Shown: piece by piece, positions 37,869-49,824 of the stretch
Numbering within the stretch: the stretch's first letter is position 1
Layout of the letters: each line of letters begins with the position of its first letter
Assembly (NCBI GenBank): GCA_040357565.1
Contig: JBDODJ010000010.1
DNA length: 64,000 bases
Source of the DNA: Cercozoa sp. M6MM
Lineage: Eukaryota > Protista > Endomyxa: Ascetosporea
Direction: 5' to 3' (one strand)
Translations under genes and position numbers: made by a program
The notes under the pieces: model-generated
Databases searched by the model: none
The model's input: the letters and a program-made list of their open reading frames with translations, nothing else
Told to the model about the DNA's origin: nothing

Positions 37869-39009
37869 ATGTTGTTGCGCGTGGCCTCATGGAGAGGTGG
37901 AGTGCGCTGCTTGTCGGCGGGACCAGCGGCAGCCGCGCCGTCGGTGCAGGCAGAGCTGCTGCAGAAGTCACTTGAGCAAACGCAGAAGTACGGCTTCACA
38001 CGCGATGCGATCGACACTGCGTGCCGCTTGCTCGACCTGTCACCCGCCTCGCATGCACTTGTTTATGGTACTGTACCCATCACGGTTGCATTAATGCCAC
38101 AGTCCGAGTTTTCTGTCTTGATACAGACCACTCGCGATCGTCGATCTGTGGCAACGATGCGGAAGTGGTATTTACCTCCTTTAACCATTCCCATGTTGTT
38201 GAGATCCCCCCCCCCCCCCTGGCAGGCTCTGGTGCACGAGTTTATGCGCCGATGCAACTGCGAATTAGAAGAGCGGATGCAGCAGCTGCCGGTTGAGTCG
38301 TATGTTTTCCTTCCTCGTTGCTATTCTCTTTATCCTCCACGGACACAGCATGCGTGTCACGGACATCGTTCGAACCGGTTTGCGCATGCGACTCGGAATG
38401 ATTGCTCCCGTACCCTTCTCCTCTCGTTTACCCTCTGCTCCTCTTACTCTTGACCCCTATTCTTCTTCTAGGTGCTGCCACACTGGCCGCGTGCCATGGC
38501 ACTGGGCGCACTGCCCTCGCATGCACCCGAGACGGCGCGTCTCGTGGCCGAGATCACCGACATCGTTTGGCGCGCCGTTGATCGCAAGTTTGCAGCCAAG
38601 AACACTGAGGGAGGTACCGTCCAGGAGCATCAGACGGGTAAAGACGGCTTTGACATCTCGTTCTACACGAAGCGTGGAATGGCGGGCGCTGTATACGCCG
38701 CCACGGAGCTCTTCATGCTGAGCGACGCTTCTACTGAACTGCAAGATACCTGGCACTTCCTTGACCGTCGACTTGATGACGTTCTCGCTTTGGGCAAGGT
38801 ACCCTAATGTATCTTCCTGTACACCATGCTATCCCTGTTTCTTCCCTCTCACAGGCACCCGAACAGGTGCGCCAAGTCGCCGATTTTGCTTTTTCCGCAG
38901 CGCAGGCGCAGTTCGCCTCAGTAAGGCTGCTGTATCGGATGTAGAACTTGTACACTCTACTTTTCTTTTGTGTTAGATCCTATCAAAGACGACGAGCACG
39001 CCACAGTGA
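37869..39009 (+). CDS. COQ9: Ubiquinone biosynthesis protein COQ9
   Basis: Transit-like N-terminus; KYGFTRDAI; LVHEF; RMRL; HWPRAMAL; DISFYTKRGMAGAVYAATELFMLSDASTELQDTWHFLDRRLDDV. Confidence 0.92.
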
Positions 39010-39299
39010 CCGTAAGTTTGTTGCTGTTCGCGCTATCGTCGGTCCGATCTCGTCGAAGTACACATGCGGGTGATACATGGTACGCAGCCGCTGAAACACT
39101 TACGCATGACGTGAATTGCGACTCGATGATCGGATCGATGCCGTACGATTTGACTGGTCAATTGTTCAATTTGTAAGCGCCCTGCAGACCGAAATATTAG
39201 GGCTAGCGAGTACTGTAAACAAACAAAACCCTTAGATGATCGGGTGCTTCCCATTCGGAGGTATCAATTTTCTCTGCGGCACTTTCCGCTGGCTCTAAC

Positions 39300-39950
39300 G
39301 TGCTTAGCACTGAGGCACTATGAAGTTTAGTGCATGCAAGACCGGTGGCACATACGCATGTATCTGTGCAACAGGCATTACACTGGGACATGCGCAACGC
39401 AACAGCTTTGCGCGAGCTCCACAACCACACTGGAAGCTTCGGCCTCTTTGACACACAGATGAAACTCGTGTCATGGAATCCCACATTTGACTCGCCGTGC
39501 ATGCATTCCAATGTTTGTGCTTGTCGCGTTGCAAGTGTGGCCAAGGATTTGAACGGAACTGCTCGACATCCTGCGCAGTGAAAATCTTACTTTGGTTTAT
39601 GTCATGAAAGTAAAGAAGGCGCATGTGGTATCAAAAATACCGAAAGTAAAACAACACAATACCTCTTGAACTGACTGAGCCCACTATCAGTTCGCCGATT
39701 AGTGCGCGCAGATCTAGAAGCGGCACATCGCCGTGACTTGTATCCACTTCCACCACACGTGTAAATGCACTCATACACATCCATTTAAAGGAAAACACAA
39801 ACACACTTATGATTCGGCGAGCTGGGAAGGTATTGAGCTGGTCAACCGTGACAGCGGCAACAGTAGCGACGAGGACGTCGATCTTCGTGCCGTTCACAAG
39901 CTCCCCGCGTCCCTGCCTACAGTGTGGTGCGTTATCTACGTCCATAGAGC
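39300..39950 (-). CDS. Possible hypothetical multi-exon gene
   Basis: Chain of minus-strand ORFs with intron-like interruptions. No recognisable family. Confidence 0.25.
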
Positions 39951-40304
39951 TTGCAAAAGCACTGCCATCGCAACCTTAGGAAGCGCCGAGCGCCAGATGA
40001 AAAAATGGCAGCAATTCTTCAGGTAATAATCGTGTCAGCACGCGAAGAACAGTCTGGAGACTTTAGTTTGTTGTCTTTGTGCCTCCTACAATTTCGATCA
40101 GCTTTTTCTTAAAATATTGCTCACTCTGGCGCTTTCCACAATAACGTGCTTAAAACTTAGTTTTGCATGGTTTAAGCACCTCCAGAGAGCGCGCTCGAAA
40201 GATACCCCCAGAAGAAGGGAACCAGTCGACAATAGCCGGCACTACTGACTATCCCAGTACTGAAGGCACTAAAAACCTGAACTTCATCCACGCACAGCCG
40301 GAGT

Positions 40305-40470
40305 AATGCGACGCTTCGCCCGCTACCTGCACCAACCATGAAGTCGACTTCGTTGTCCGGGGAACGTCAAAAGGGGAGTTGCTTGTTTGGCCCTACCCTA
40401 AGCGGGCGGTAGACACGACCATGCTCTTGTGACCCGACTGGTGCAGGGGAGCTACTTCGTTGGTTTTCTA
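40305..40470 (+). mobile_element. Copy of the LINE 3' end (SINE-like)
   Basis: Reverse complement of 28650-28800 (GCCCGCTACCTGCACCAACCATGAAGTCGACTTCG...CCTACCCTAAGCGGGCGGTAGACAC). Confidence 0.85.
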
Positions 40471-40969
40471 ACGCGATGGCTTAACGCGTGATATAGAAAA
40501 TGAACATCGCCCTCTGGGTAGACACGGCCATGCTCTTGACCCACCCCGGACTGGTGCAGGGGAACTACATAGTTGTTACGGCATAGCGCCTCTCTAGCAA
40601 GTTGTCATCTGACGGTGAAGTGAAGGATTTGTTTTGCTAGGTATCTCCTGCATTAAATTTACATCCTGAGGCTTCTACCTTGCATTGTCAAGTGTTGTGC
40701 AGATCAAGCTTTCTACAGCTCACGCACTTTGACTGCAGGTATCTCTTCTCAAGCTCCCTTTTACGGAGCTATTGTCCCCTCGCACTTGATACGTTCTGCC
40801 GTGATAGTGCTTGGGCTGTTTTTCAATTGCCATCAGCAAGCCTTCGAGCTTCCGACGACCTTTTCTACATGGGTATGTCTTCTAATCCTCCGCATCGACG
40901 CCATTCTAACTGACGTTTTACTTTATTTAGTTGTCTTCAATACCTTAGTTACTGGGGGGGGGGGGGGGG

Positions 40970-41512
40970 GGTAGGGCGGGGTTTTTCGAGGCAAAGTTGA
41001 ACCCCCAAATATCTACCCTTAACCCCCTTAACCTGCCTTACCCGCCTTCCCCTCTTTACCCCCCTCGCTCCTCTTGCCCCGCTTACCCCTTTAGCCCCTT
41101 ACCCCCCCCCCCCTAACCTCTCATTGATTCTGATTTTGTTACAGACTGACTCAGATTATGCAGACTCCGCGGGGATAAACCCAGACAGACCAGTTGGTTT
41201 CCTATCATTGAAGCAAAAGAGAAAGAAGAGTTAAGAGTTTGTGGTTCTGCGGTACTACTGCCTATAGAGCTGTGTGTGTGTGTGTGTGTTTTTTTAAAAA
41301 TCTTCCCACGATTTCCCTGTGATGGAAGATTCCGTCTACAACTCCGTCTAGTTTGCCGTAAGAACCCAGTTAGGGCAATTCTTCACTTCGCTTCTACAAA
41401 CTGAATCATTTGATTCCCTCGCTTCGTCTAATTGACGACTTACTTCTTTCATTTAGTTCTTTTCACTGACAACCGTCAGTAACAATTTTGCCTCGAAAAC
41501 CCCGACATACCC
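40970..41512. mobile_element. MITE-like element with imperfect TIRs, split by the family A solo LTR
   Basis: Left end GGTAGGGCGGGGTTTTTCGAGGCAAA and right end TTTGCCTCGAAAACCCCGACATACCC are inverted repeats; the interior is shared with 8580-8690. Confidence 0.7.
41137..41484 (-). mobile_element. Solo-LTR-like element family A, internally deleted
   Basis: Termini TGTTAC...GTAACA with TSD ATTT (41133-41136 and 41485-41488); homologous to 18187-18641. Confidence 0.85.
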
Positions 41513-41646
41513 TGGTTTTCACACCGTAACATAGTTGCTTTCCTATAAGACTCAACTAACTAAACACCGCCCTCTGCTTTTGCGTGCAAAATATGATGCT
41601 TGTAGGGACGGTTTCCGAACAGTGCGACGCACAGAGTCTCGACGAC

Positions 41647-42322
41647 TCACAGGAAGTAATCCGGAATTCTCCGCGTGACATGCGGCTCACCTCGTCGCGG
41701 GGCCGGGTCAAATTGCAAACTAAACACTGACGTCAGAAAGCACAACACAGCATCACTGGATCTAAAGCCAAGGTACAATGACGTGTCCATGTTTTCGTCA
41801 ATTTCAAGAATAGCGGCGGCGTTACCACAGCTATTATTAGCACAAGACAAACACATCACAGATCATCCAACAACCGACATATAGCTATTAGCACGGGACA
41901 ATCCAAGATGCAAACAAGAGGCACCGGTAACAGTAATTGGGAGCCGAGAAAATAGTCACGACGTTCTTGTCGTGCGTCCAATTGTAACCTGATACATAAC
42001 CATAGGTCTTGCGCACAGTACGGTATTTCACAAAATTTAATAGAAAAGGTACCATCCATGATAAGCTGGTGCGCACGAGAGATCAACGTCAAGCCGTTGT
42101 TGCGGTTGAACGTGCGCGAGATGTCGTGGCCAAACGTGTAGCCGGCGCCACGTTGTGAGATGCCCCAGCCATGTATGTCATCGGGATCGCTCCAAAGGAG
42201 GTCGCACATGGCGCCCTCATGCGGCACCTCCTGCACGCGATCAAGGGCCATGATCTGATCAAGCGACTCGATAGACGGCGACAAACCGCCGTGCTAAACA
42301 CAGGTACACAAAGAACAAACAT

Positions 42323-42375
<53 letters not shown>

Positions 42376-42480
42376 TACATNNNNNNNNNNNNNNNNNNNN
42401 NNNNNNNNNNNNNNNNNNNNNNNNNNNNNNNNNNNNNNNNNNNNNNNNNNNNNNNNNNNNNNNNNNNNNNNNNNNNNNNN

Positions 42481-42527
<47 letters not shown>

Positions 42528-43131
42528 AGAACAGGACGCACCAGGCAGAAAACCTCCTTCTCAACCAAGGCCGTCAGCGGCAGGTAGTCAAAAAGGTCGG
42601 TAAAGTACTTCCACACGTTGCTGCAGGCAAGCATGACATACACGAAAACTAAAGATCACTTTGGGGAGATACCTGTTGCCGTATTTGCGAAGACACTCAT
42701 CGTAGAACCCGTAGACTTGCGTGATCTGACGCGACTCGTGGTTGCCACGTAGAATCGTGATGCGGTCCTTGTAGCGCACCTTGAGAGCCACCAAAAGCGA
42801 CACGGTCTCAACTGAGTAGTAGCCACGGTCGACGTAGTCTCCCATGAACAGGTAGTTCGTGTCGGGCGGCTTGCCTGTATACACACACGCGTAGATACAC
42901 GGACACGAAGGGTACAGACAGACAAACACACCGCCGATACGGAAAAGCTCCATAAGATCGTGAAACTGTCCATGGATGTCACCGCACACCGTCACGGGAC
43001 ATGATACTGGCTGCACACGCACGCAGACACAGACATACACAGACACACACCAGACACACACCAGACACACACACACACACATACAACACACACACATACA
43101 ACACACACACACATACAACACACACACATAC

Positions 43132-43182
<51 letters not shown>

Positions 43183-43282
43183 NNNNNNNNNNNNNNNNNN
43201 NNNNNNNNNNNNNNNNNNNNNNNNNNNNNNNNNNNNNNNNNNNNNNNNNNNNNNNNNNNNNNNNNNNNNNNNNNNNNNNNNN

Positions 43283-43339
<57 letters not shown>

Positions 43340-43578
43340 CACAATCGACAGACACGAGCATAGGAACAGCACAGACACAGTACCTGAACATTGCTCTCGA
43401 GCACGAAAATCTCACGCGCTTGCTCGCACAGCTGCGCGACCTCATCTTCAGTCAGCTAAGGGTAAGGGGCATGCAAAATGAAAACCGATGTGTGCCGTTG
43501 TAAAAAAACGATGTGTACCTGCTCGCAGTTGTAGAGCTTGGCAATCCATGCGTCTAGCTGTCCGTATTTGGACGCCAT
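41647..43578 (-). CDS. PPP2C: Serine/threonine protein phosphatase 2A catalytic subunit
   Basis: [60 protein letters not shown] and C-terminal RRIPDYFL. Two introns hold (TG)n arrays with N-gaps. Confidence 0.97.
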
Positions 43579-44120
43579 CTCTCACTGCTCAATTGGCACG
43601 GGCGTGAAAACACCCCCTCCCTCCACTTCCTCCCCTCCACGCGTGACACCAAAACAAAACCCATGCTGCAAAAAAAAAGAAAAACGCCATGCCAAGCAAA
43701 GAGAAAAGCGTCTACAGGGTTACACTATGATGCAAAACGCCAGGGTATCTTCCAAAGCATGAGACAGCTCTCAAGATCTCTCAAAGAGAAAACGCACCTC
43801 TGGGCCCTCTAGCGCAATCACGGTGCCTCTGTCTTGTTGACCGTATAGTCTTACCGCTCACGCCCTCCGGATACTCGACGAATGTGGAGATGTTCACGGA
43901 AGATTGATACTGGACCCTGGCGGCCAGTACATTTTCTTCTATATCCGCCGCTTTAAAAATTGCTTAAGTGTGCGTCGCAGAACGGGGCTGCGCGCGCAGC
44001 ACAACCTTTACGTGCGCCGACTGGGCATAACACGAGCGACATAGCGTAGTTTGTTTTTGCCTGTGTGCTTTTCAATGAGTTTTGTGTTCCCCTTCATCTT
44101 CATCCGTTACCTCTTCAGCG

Positions 44121-45698
44121 ATGGTCGAGCACGAACCCCCGAGCAGGGCCTATGTCATGCTCTCGCAATTCGTGGCAGGGGGTGGCGCTGGAACCATCAC
44201 GAAGACATGCATCGCGCCGCTTGAACGGATCAAAATTCTGTTTCAGTTACAGCACATGAAGTTGGAATCGCTTTCTTCGACAGAGCGTGCCGCGTTTGTG
44301 CCGAAATATGGCACCTCAGTCTTGTCGTATCGTTTCTTCTCTAATTTGACTTGGATTTGATCGGGGATCACAACAAATGTAGGTGCTCCAAAGTAATTTT
44401 TAAAGAGGATGGAATTCGTGGTTTCTGGAGGGGCAACTTTGCGAACGTAGCGTGCTCTTTTTTGACTTGTCCTGTTGCTGTAATTTGAACGCACGTGTCA
44501 ATGTTTAGGTGATGCGAGTGGCGCCGGCCTACGCTGTCAAGTTTAGCGCCAATGATGCAATCCGTGACCTTGGTATTAGCATTTTTGTTGTTTCTATATA
44601 TGTTATGTTTACGCAATATACGATGCGGTTCAGTGAGAAGGCCAGAACAGACCTGCGCCGCCGACATGGACATGCTACAGTGTACCTTATGCACAGCTTC
44701 GAAAATATCTAACTCGAGTCTATGCAGTAATGGCATCGGGCGCCATGGCTGGTGTGCTGCAAACTATCGCCACATACCCACTTGAGGTATATAAACATGA
44801 TATTAATATATGCGTATAATATATATATATATATATATCTATATATATATATCTATATATATATATATATATATAGATATATATTGTTTATTGTGTATAT
44901 AATTTGTTTTTATTGCACATGTGCATACGGGCATGTAGACCGTGAGAACACGCCTGTCGCTGGGTGCGAACGCCTACTCTGGTACGAGCCTCTATGTTGT
45001 CAAAGAACACGTTCGAACTTTTGTGCAGGCGTGTGGCAGTGCTTCGTGCGAACCGCGAAGGAGGAAGGTCTATCCGCACTCTACAAAGGCATGCCGATGA
45101 CCCTCGTGTCGGTCAGTTTAGTTTAGGGGTTAATGGGGTGGGTAGTTTGGGCTGGTGTAGGTTATCCCTTTCGTGGGCCTTCAAATGAGTTGCAACGAGT
45201 TGTTCCGCCGGTTTTTGCCGCGGGATGAGCAGGGCCGAACCGGTACACTCTATATCGGTTTTAACTCCACTTCAATTACTCTGGTGTTTTGCGACAGGCG
45301 TGGTGGCCGGTCTCACTGCTGGTGGACTTGCTGGTCTCATTGCACAGACCATCACCTTCCCGGGTGACACGATTCGCCGCCGTATGCAAACCAACGGCAT
45401 GCATGGCAAAGCGCGCGTGTATAAGCATACGGGCGATTGTATTATGCGGTATCAAGCAAAACTTTCTCAAAATTGAAGAGGCCCAATGATTTTTTTTTAA
45501 TTGCAGCATGATCAAAACTGAAGGTTTTCGAAGTTTCTTCCGCGGTGTCGGTGTAAACGCTGCGCGATGTGGTACACCAATCGTTTTGTTTGCGTTATGC
45601 TGAAGACAACTTGAACTCGACTTGGCCCTGCAGTGCCCGGAAGCGCCATTCAGTTTGTCGCGTACGACCTACTACGACAGGCCATGAACGACAAGTAG
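44121..45698 (+). CDS. Mitochondrial carrier (SLC25; CoA/adenine-nucleotide carrier-like, SLC25A16/42 group)
   Basis: Three PX[DE]XX[KR]X[KR] motifs (APLERIKIL, YPLE|TVRTRL, FPGDTIRRRMQ); GFWRGNFAN|VMRVAP. Confidence 0.9.
44812..44884. repeat. (AT)n intronic microsatellite
   Basis: Direct reading. Confidence 0.9.
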
Positions 45699-45967
45699 CG
45701 TGACTGCGGGCACTCGTGGTGACTCCGGCCGCATGAACTGGAATTATTGAAGATAAATTATATAATGTACTGGGCTCGGAGGTGTAAGACACGTCTACTA
45801 GTATGTTAGACGACCTTGAAGAAACGTCGTCAAGCAAGATCTTTGAAATCCGTCACGGCGCCCGGAGCGCCGGGACAAAATGAAACGCCCTTACATAACA
45901 GGGGATCAAAACCCAAAACACAAAACTGATCAACACGACGGCCACCATCACGGCGAGATTCACGCAC

Positions 45968-46079
45968 TCAGTGCGTTGCCTCGGCCACGGCGTTGAAGAG
46001 CGCTGTCAACTGGAGCGCCTCATCGCCGCCTTGCCGGAGTGCCTGTACAGGAGACACGCATACATGGTTTCGAGGTAGC

Positions 46080-46147
<68 letters not shown>

Positions 46148-48166
46148 GAGAGACTACATGCTCAGCACGACCGCAGTCGAGCAGCAAACGCGCCTTGTGC
46201 GCCTCAGCGATCGATGTACTTTCGAGGATCTGCACGGTACGGAATAAAAGGAGACATCGCTAACAGAAATTTCAGAGGACCAGAGGAACGAGCTGCCGCA
46301 GAACACCGTCAGCGCCTGCTGCTTGCTACCATGTGGAAGTAGGCGGAGCTAAACTGGGCAAGAAGTTAGAGCGGAAAAGGCAAGGTGGTACGCGCACAAT
46401 GCTCTCAACTGTCTTCAATACTGTGTCGACCGCTACACGACGAGGGGTGCGTATACAGAAAGGAACATCAACAAGACAGCGCGGTGGGCAAGACGCGTTT
46501 TAAATACCATGTGCGGGAGGCGCCTTCAACACGGTTTCGAAGGCGATTCGCACACTCTCCTGTCCATATGTATACCGTGAGGTGAGATGAAACAAGAGGA
46601 AAGGGAAGAGCTACCACATCGACATCAACAGCAACGAGTTGAACGTGCTTCGCCGTCACTTCTTGCTGTGGCAGGTCCTGTGCCTGTATGTTTGGTACAT
46701 ACCGGGTAGCAACAAGAAAACAAGAGCGATAACAATACCACAGGAATCCCCATGTCTTCCTCGTCGTCGTCACGCATGCTGTGCTCGGCCATTTCGTCCT
46801 ACGAAAGAGAAAGCACAAAGGGAAAAATATCAATAAGGGTACAGGACAAAGTATCAGAAAAATTACTTGCGTCTCGGCGTTGCTGAACATGCGCGCCGAT
46901 TGCATGGTCTGGATCGACTTGCGCATATCGCCACCACTGAATTTAGGCATAGCTGCACCTCTACCCTCCTGCGACCGCAACACCCACTTAAGTACCTCGT
47001 CTCAAGCAAGGCCTCGACGGCGCCATCCGATAGCGGCACCTGTTCGGCCGCCGCGATGCTGCGTAGCTTATCACTCATGGCCTGTGCAAGGGAATGAAAA
47101 GGTTAACTGAAAAGAAAGCACAGGGAGCAAAGGACAAAGGCCACCTGTGCCGGCAACGACTGGAAACGGAACTTTGCGCAGCGACTGCACGCGCCCACAC
47201 AGTGAAAATAGGTGGGGGTGCGGGTAAAAGTGGAGACAGAAGAGACCTACCTGGCAACTGGCGCAATGATGCGCGATACGTAGTTGCATACGAGGCAGAA
47301 ACGCGTTACTCGACTGTACTTCTCCTATGTGTACACACGTAAGCGACCAAGGAGTAAACGGAGCAGCGACACACCATGGTGCGACGCAGTGCGGTTTGTG
47401 CGTCCCGTGTCATCTAAAAGGCAGGTGGTAAAGCGTAAAGAGGTAAAAATTATCATACTTGATCGGCCTCGTCGAGAATGATGATTTTGAAAGGCGGGCA
47501 CGGTGCTCCTTGTGCCTACAGGCGTATGTATAGTAGTCGCCTTAACTCTGTACCTCGAGCAGAGCGTGTGATACATCAGACGGTTTGACGGCACCCACAG
47601 CAGTCTGCGCGAAAGTTTTCACCTGGTGTCTGCACGAGAGAAGATAGAAAGCAATCAAGTGGAAACACGGGGTGACATACCTGACGGCAGCAATGCCACG
47701 TTCGTCTACACTCAGATACATAGTTGGGCGGCAAATTGGTTTTGTGGATAAGGTACCAGAAGCATTGAGTTCCTTCACACGCGAACGCCACAGCTTGGGT
47801 CTGCAAATGGAGTAAAGGTAAAGTGCGCGCACGGAGGCGGGAAACTGGCCTACCCAAACAATTGGCGTGCAGCCGCCAGAATAGTCGATGTCTGGCACAC
47901 AAGAGTAAACATAGGTCGTCATAAAGAGCCCGGGCCTACCTTGCCGGTGCCTGGTGGTCCGTAGAATAGCAGATGCGGCAGATTGCCCGTGGCCAGAGTG
48001 TTCTGCAGTGCCGCTACCACGTCTTCCTGCCCAACACGGTCGTACAAACTGTTTGGCGACAAATGTTTGGCAACGAAATCAAAACTGCTTGACTCACCTG
48101 GTGAGCAACATCTTCCAAACGCCGCGGTCTGTACTTTTCGATCCACGGTAGCTCAGCACGCTCCAT
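45968..48166 (-). CDS. RFC4: Replication factor C small subunit (RFC4 / yeast Rfc2)
   Basis: [22 protein letters not shown]|TSTILA, ELNAS|[54 protein letters not shown]. Confidence 0.93.
46082..46153. repeat. (AG)n intronic microsatellite
   Basis: Direct reading. Confidence 0.95.
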
Positions 48167-48447
48167 CCTGATCTGTCTTACTTATTATGTACAGTTTTGG
48201 TACTTTTCAATGCACGGTACAGTACAGTAGCTCGGCACGCGCCTCTCACGCCAGTGCTAATAAGAAACCCAGTGCACTGACACCCGTGGGTACCCAGCCG
48301 GTTAAGGATGTTGTGCCGGCCAGGCGTACTTTAAAAAATAAAAATAATATTAGTAAGCTGGGCGTTTAATCCGAGTACAGTACTGTAGCGTTGGTGCGTG
48401 TTGGGTTCGTGCGTGTGGGGTTCTTATCTTCAGTTTTACAGATAAAT

Positions 48448-48984
48448 ATGGGCAAAAACAAACGGAATACGTCAAACAAGGTACACATATTGTTAATTTG
48501 TCTTTGTTGTGAGTGGGTTTGTGCCTTGTTGGACAGAGTGCAGCGAAGAAGGGTTTCAAAAAAAAGTACCAAAAAGGCAAGCAACGTGTGAAGGGTACAT
48601 GGCAATTGAGATAGACAAACCCTTCTGTAATGAAGGTGTTTGTGAAGATATGGATGAGAGGCAGGAGGCACTGCAGAAGGTGCGAAACGGCACTGCCAAG
48701 CCGCGTGCCCTGGATCCTGATCTCCCCGGGTATACCCTTCACGCTGAAAGTAAGCTATGTGCGTGTATGTGTGTGTGTATCTGTGTCTGTACAGTCTGGG
48801 TCAGTTCGAGTGCTTGTTCTGTGATCGGCACTTTAAGGACGCGGCCACACTATCGCAGCACTGCCGCACCAAGCTGCACAAGAAGATGTACTTTTTATTT
48901 GTTTGCCTTTCAAGCTTCCGTCTATTTAAGCTGTCTTACAGGGTCAAGAGAGCAGCCGAGCCGATGTACACACAGGCGCACACA

Positions 48985-49027
<43 letters not shown>

Positions 49028-49048
49028 ACGCACACGCACACGCACACG

Positions 49049-49081
<33 letters not shown>

Positions 49082-49196
49082 TTTCTTTTTATCGCTTGGG
49101 CAGGAAGAAGCCGATGCCGCTGCCGGTCTCGGACGGGAGAAGTACTCAAACACCGAGAAGCCGACTGCAGCCGACGATGGAGCCATGGTCAACTAA
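48448..49196 (+). CDS. ZNF593: Zinc finger protein 593 / Bud20 (60S biogenesis)
   Basis: LDPDLPG|LGQFECLFCDRHFKDAATLSQHCRTKLHKK|RVK...EPMYTQ|EEADAAAGLG. Confidence 0.92.
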
Positions 49197-49349
49197 AGAG
49201 GCGCCTACGCTACTCCGCTCCGCTCGACTCGAGCTCGGATGTAACAGTAGTTTACATGACGGAGTTTTACTTTCGTTTCGTTTCATCCGCTGGACGCAAG
49301 AGCCGTCCGCCGCCGTCGCCGCCCGACGAAAGGTGTGCTACGTCGGCGC

Positions 49350-49715
49350 TTGTGTTTCGTATGACAGGTTCCTGTCTATGAGAAGACCGAGGCTTCTCAT
49401 TTTGTCAGCTTGCTCGATGTCTTCTCTCTCGTTGTTGGGACAGTGTTTTCATTCTTATTTTTGAGGTCTCTGATTGTCTTCTTTCCCAGTTGGATGAACT
49501 CGACTGAGTCTTTAAATTTGTGGGTGCAAATTTCATGCCGTTGCGTTTAGCCCAGGTGGTGGCTGTGTCCAGTATGCGCTTACACAGTCATCGGCGTATC
49601 CGACACTATGCGCAGTCGAGTGGTTACCGTTGCTGTAAGTTTATAGTTACGAAGGTGTTGTTTCATGTGGTAGCCTGCATGTCATCGAGGAAAGTTATTG
49701 CGAGTAGAGAGCTGC
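49350..49715 (-). mobile_element. Degenerate RT fragment of the same LINE family
   Basis: Collinear similarity with 30525-30935 (CGTATGACAGGTT.CTGTCTATGAG; TTGAGGTCTCTGATTGTCTTC; GTCATCGGCGTATCCGACACT). Confidence 0.85.
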
Positions 49716-49824
49716 GAAGATTTCAGAACATTTCTAATAGGGAGTCGGACAGTATTCTATCCGCCAACGGATCTGTTCGCTCGACAGTCCGTTCGTCGAG
49801 GTGCTGCCGGCCACTGGCGCATGT

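Larger units (their letters stand above)
40574..41531 (+). mobile_element. LTR-like element family B containing nested elements
   Basis: Termini TGTTACGG...CCGTAACA with 4-bp TSD TAGT (40570-40573 and 41532-41535). Confidence 0.8.
40517..41563 (+). mobile_element. LINE 3'-end copy split by nested insertions
   Basis: GGTAGACACGGCCATGCTCTTG..CTGGTGCAGGGGAACTACATAGT is interrupted at 40573 and resumes at 41532 (TAGTTGCTTTCCTATAAGACTCAACTAACTAA), collinear with the reverse complement of 28628-28715. Confidence 0.85.

Noticed and set aside
3288-49080. Strand bias of intronic (TG)n toward the sense strand
   Set aside because: About five arrays fit but two (21204, 48978) are opposite; too few to support a claim.
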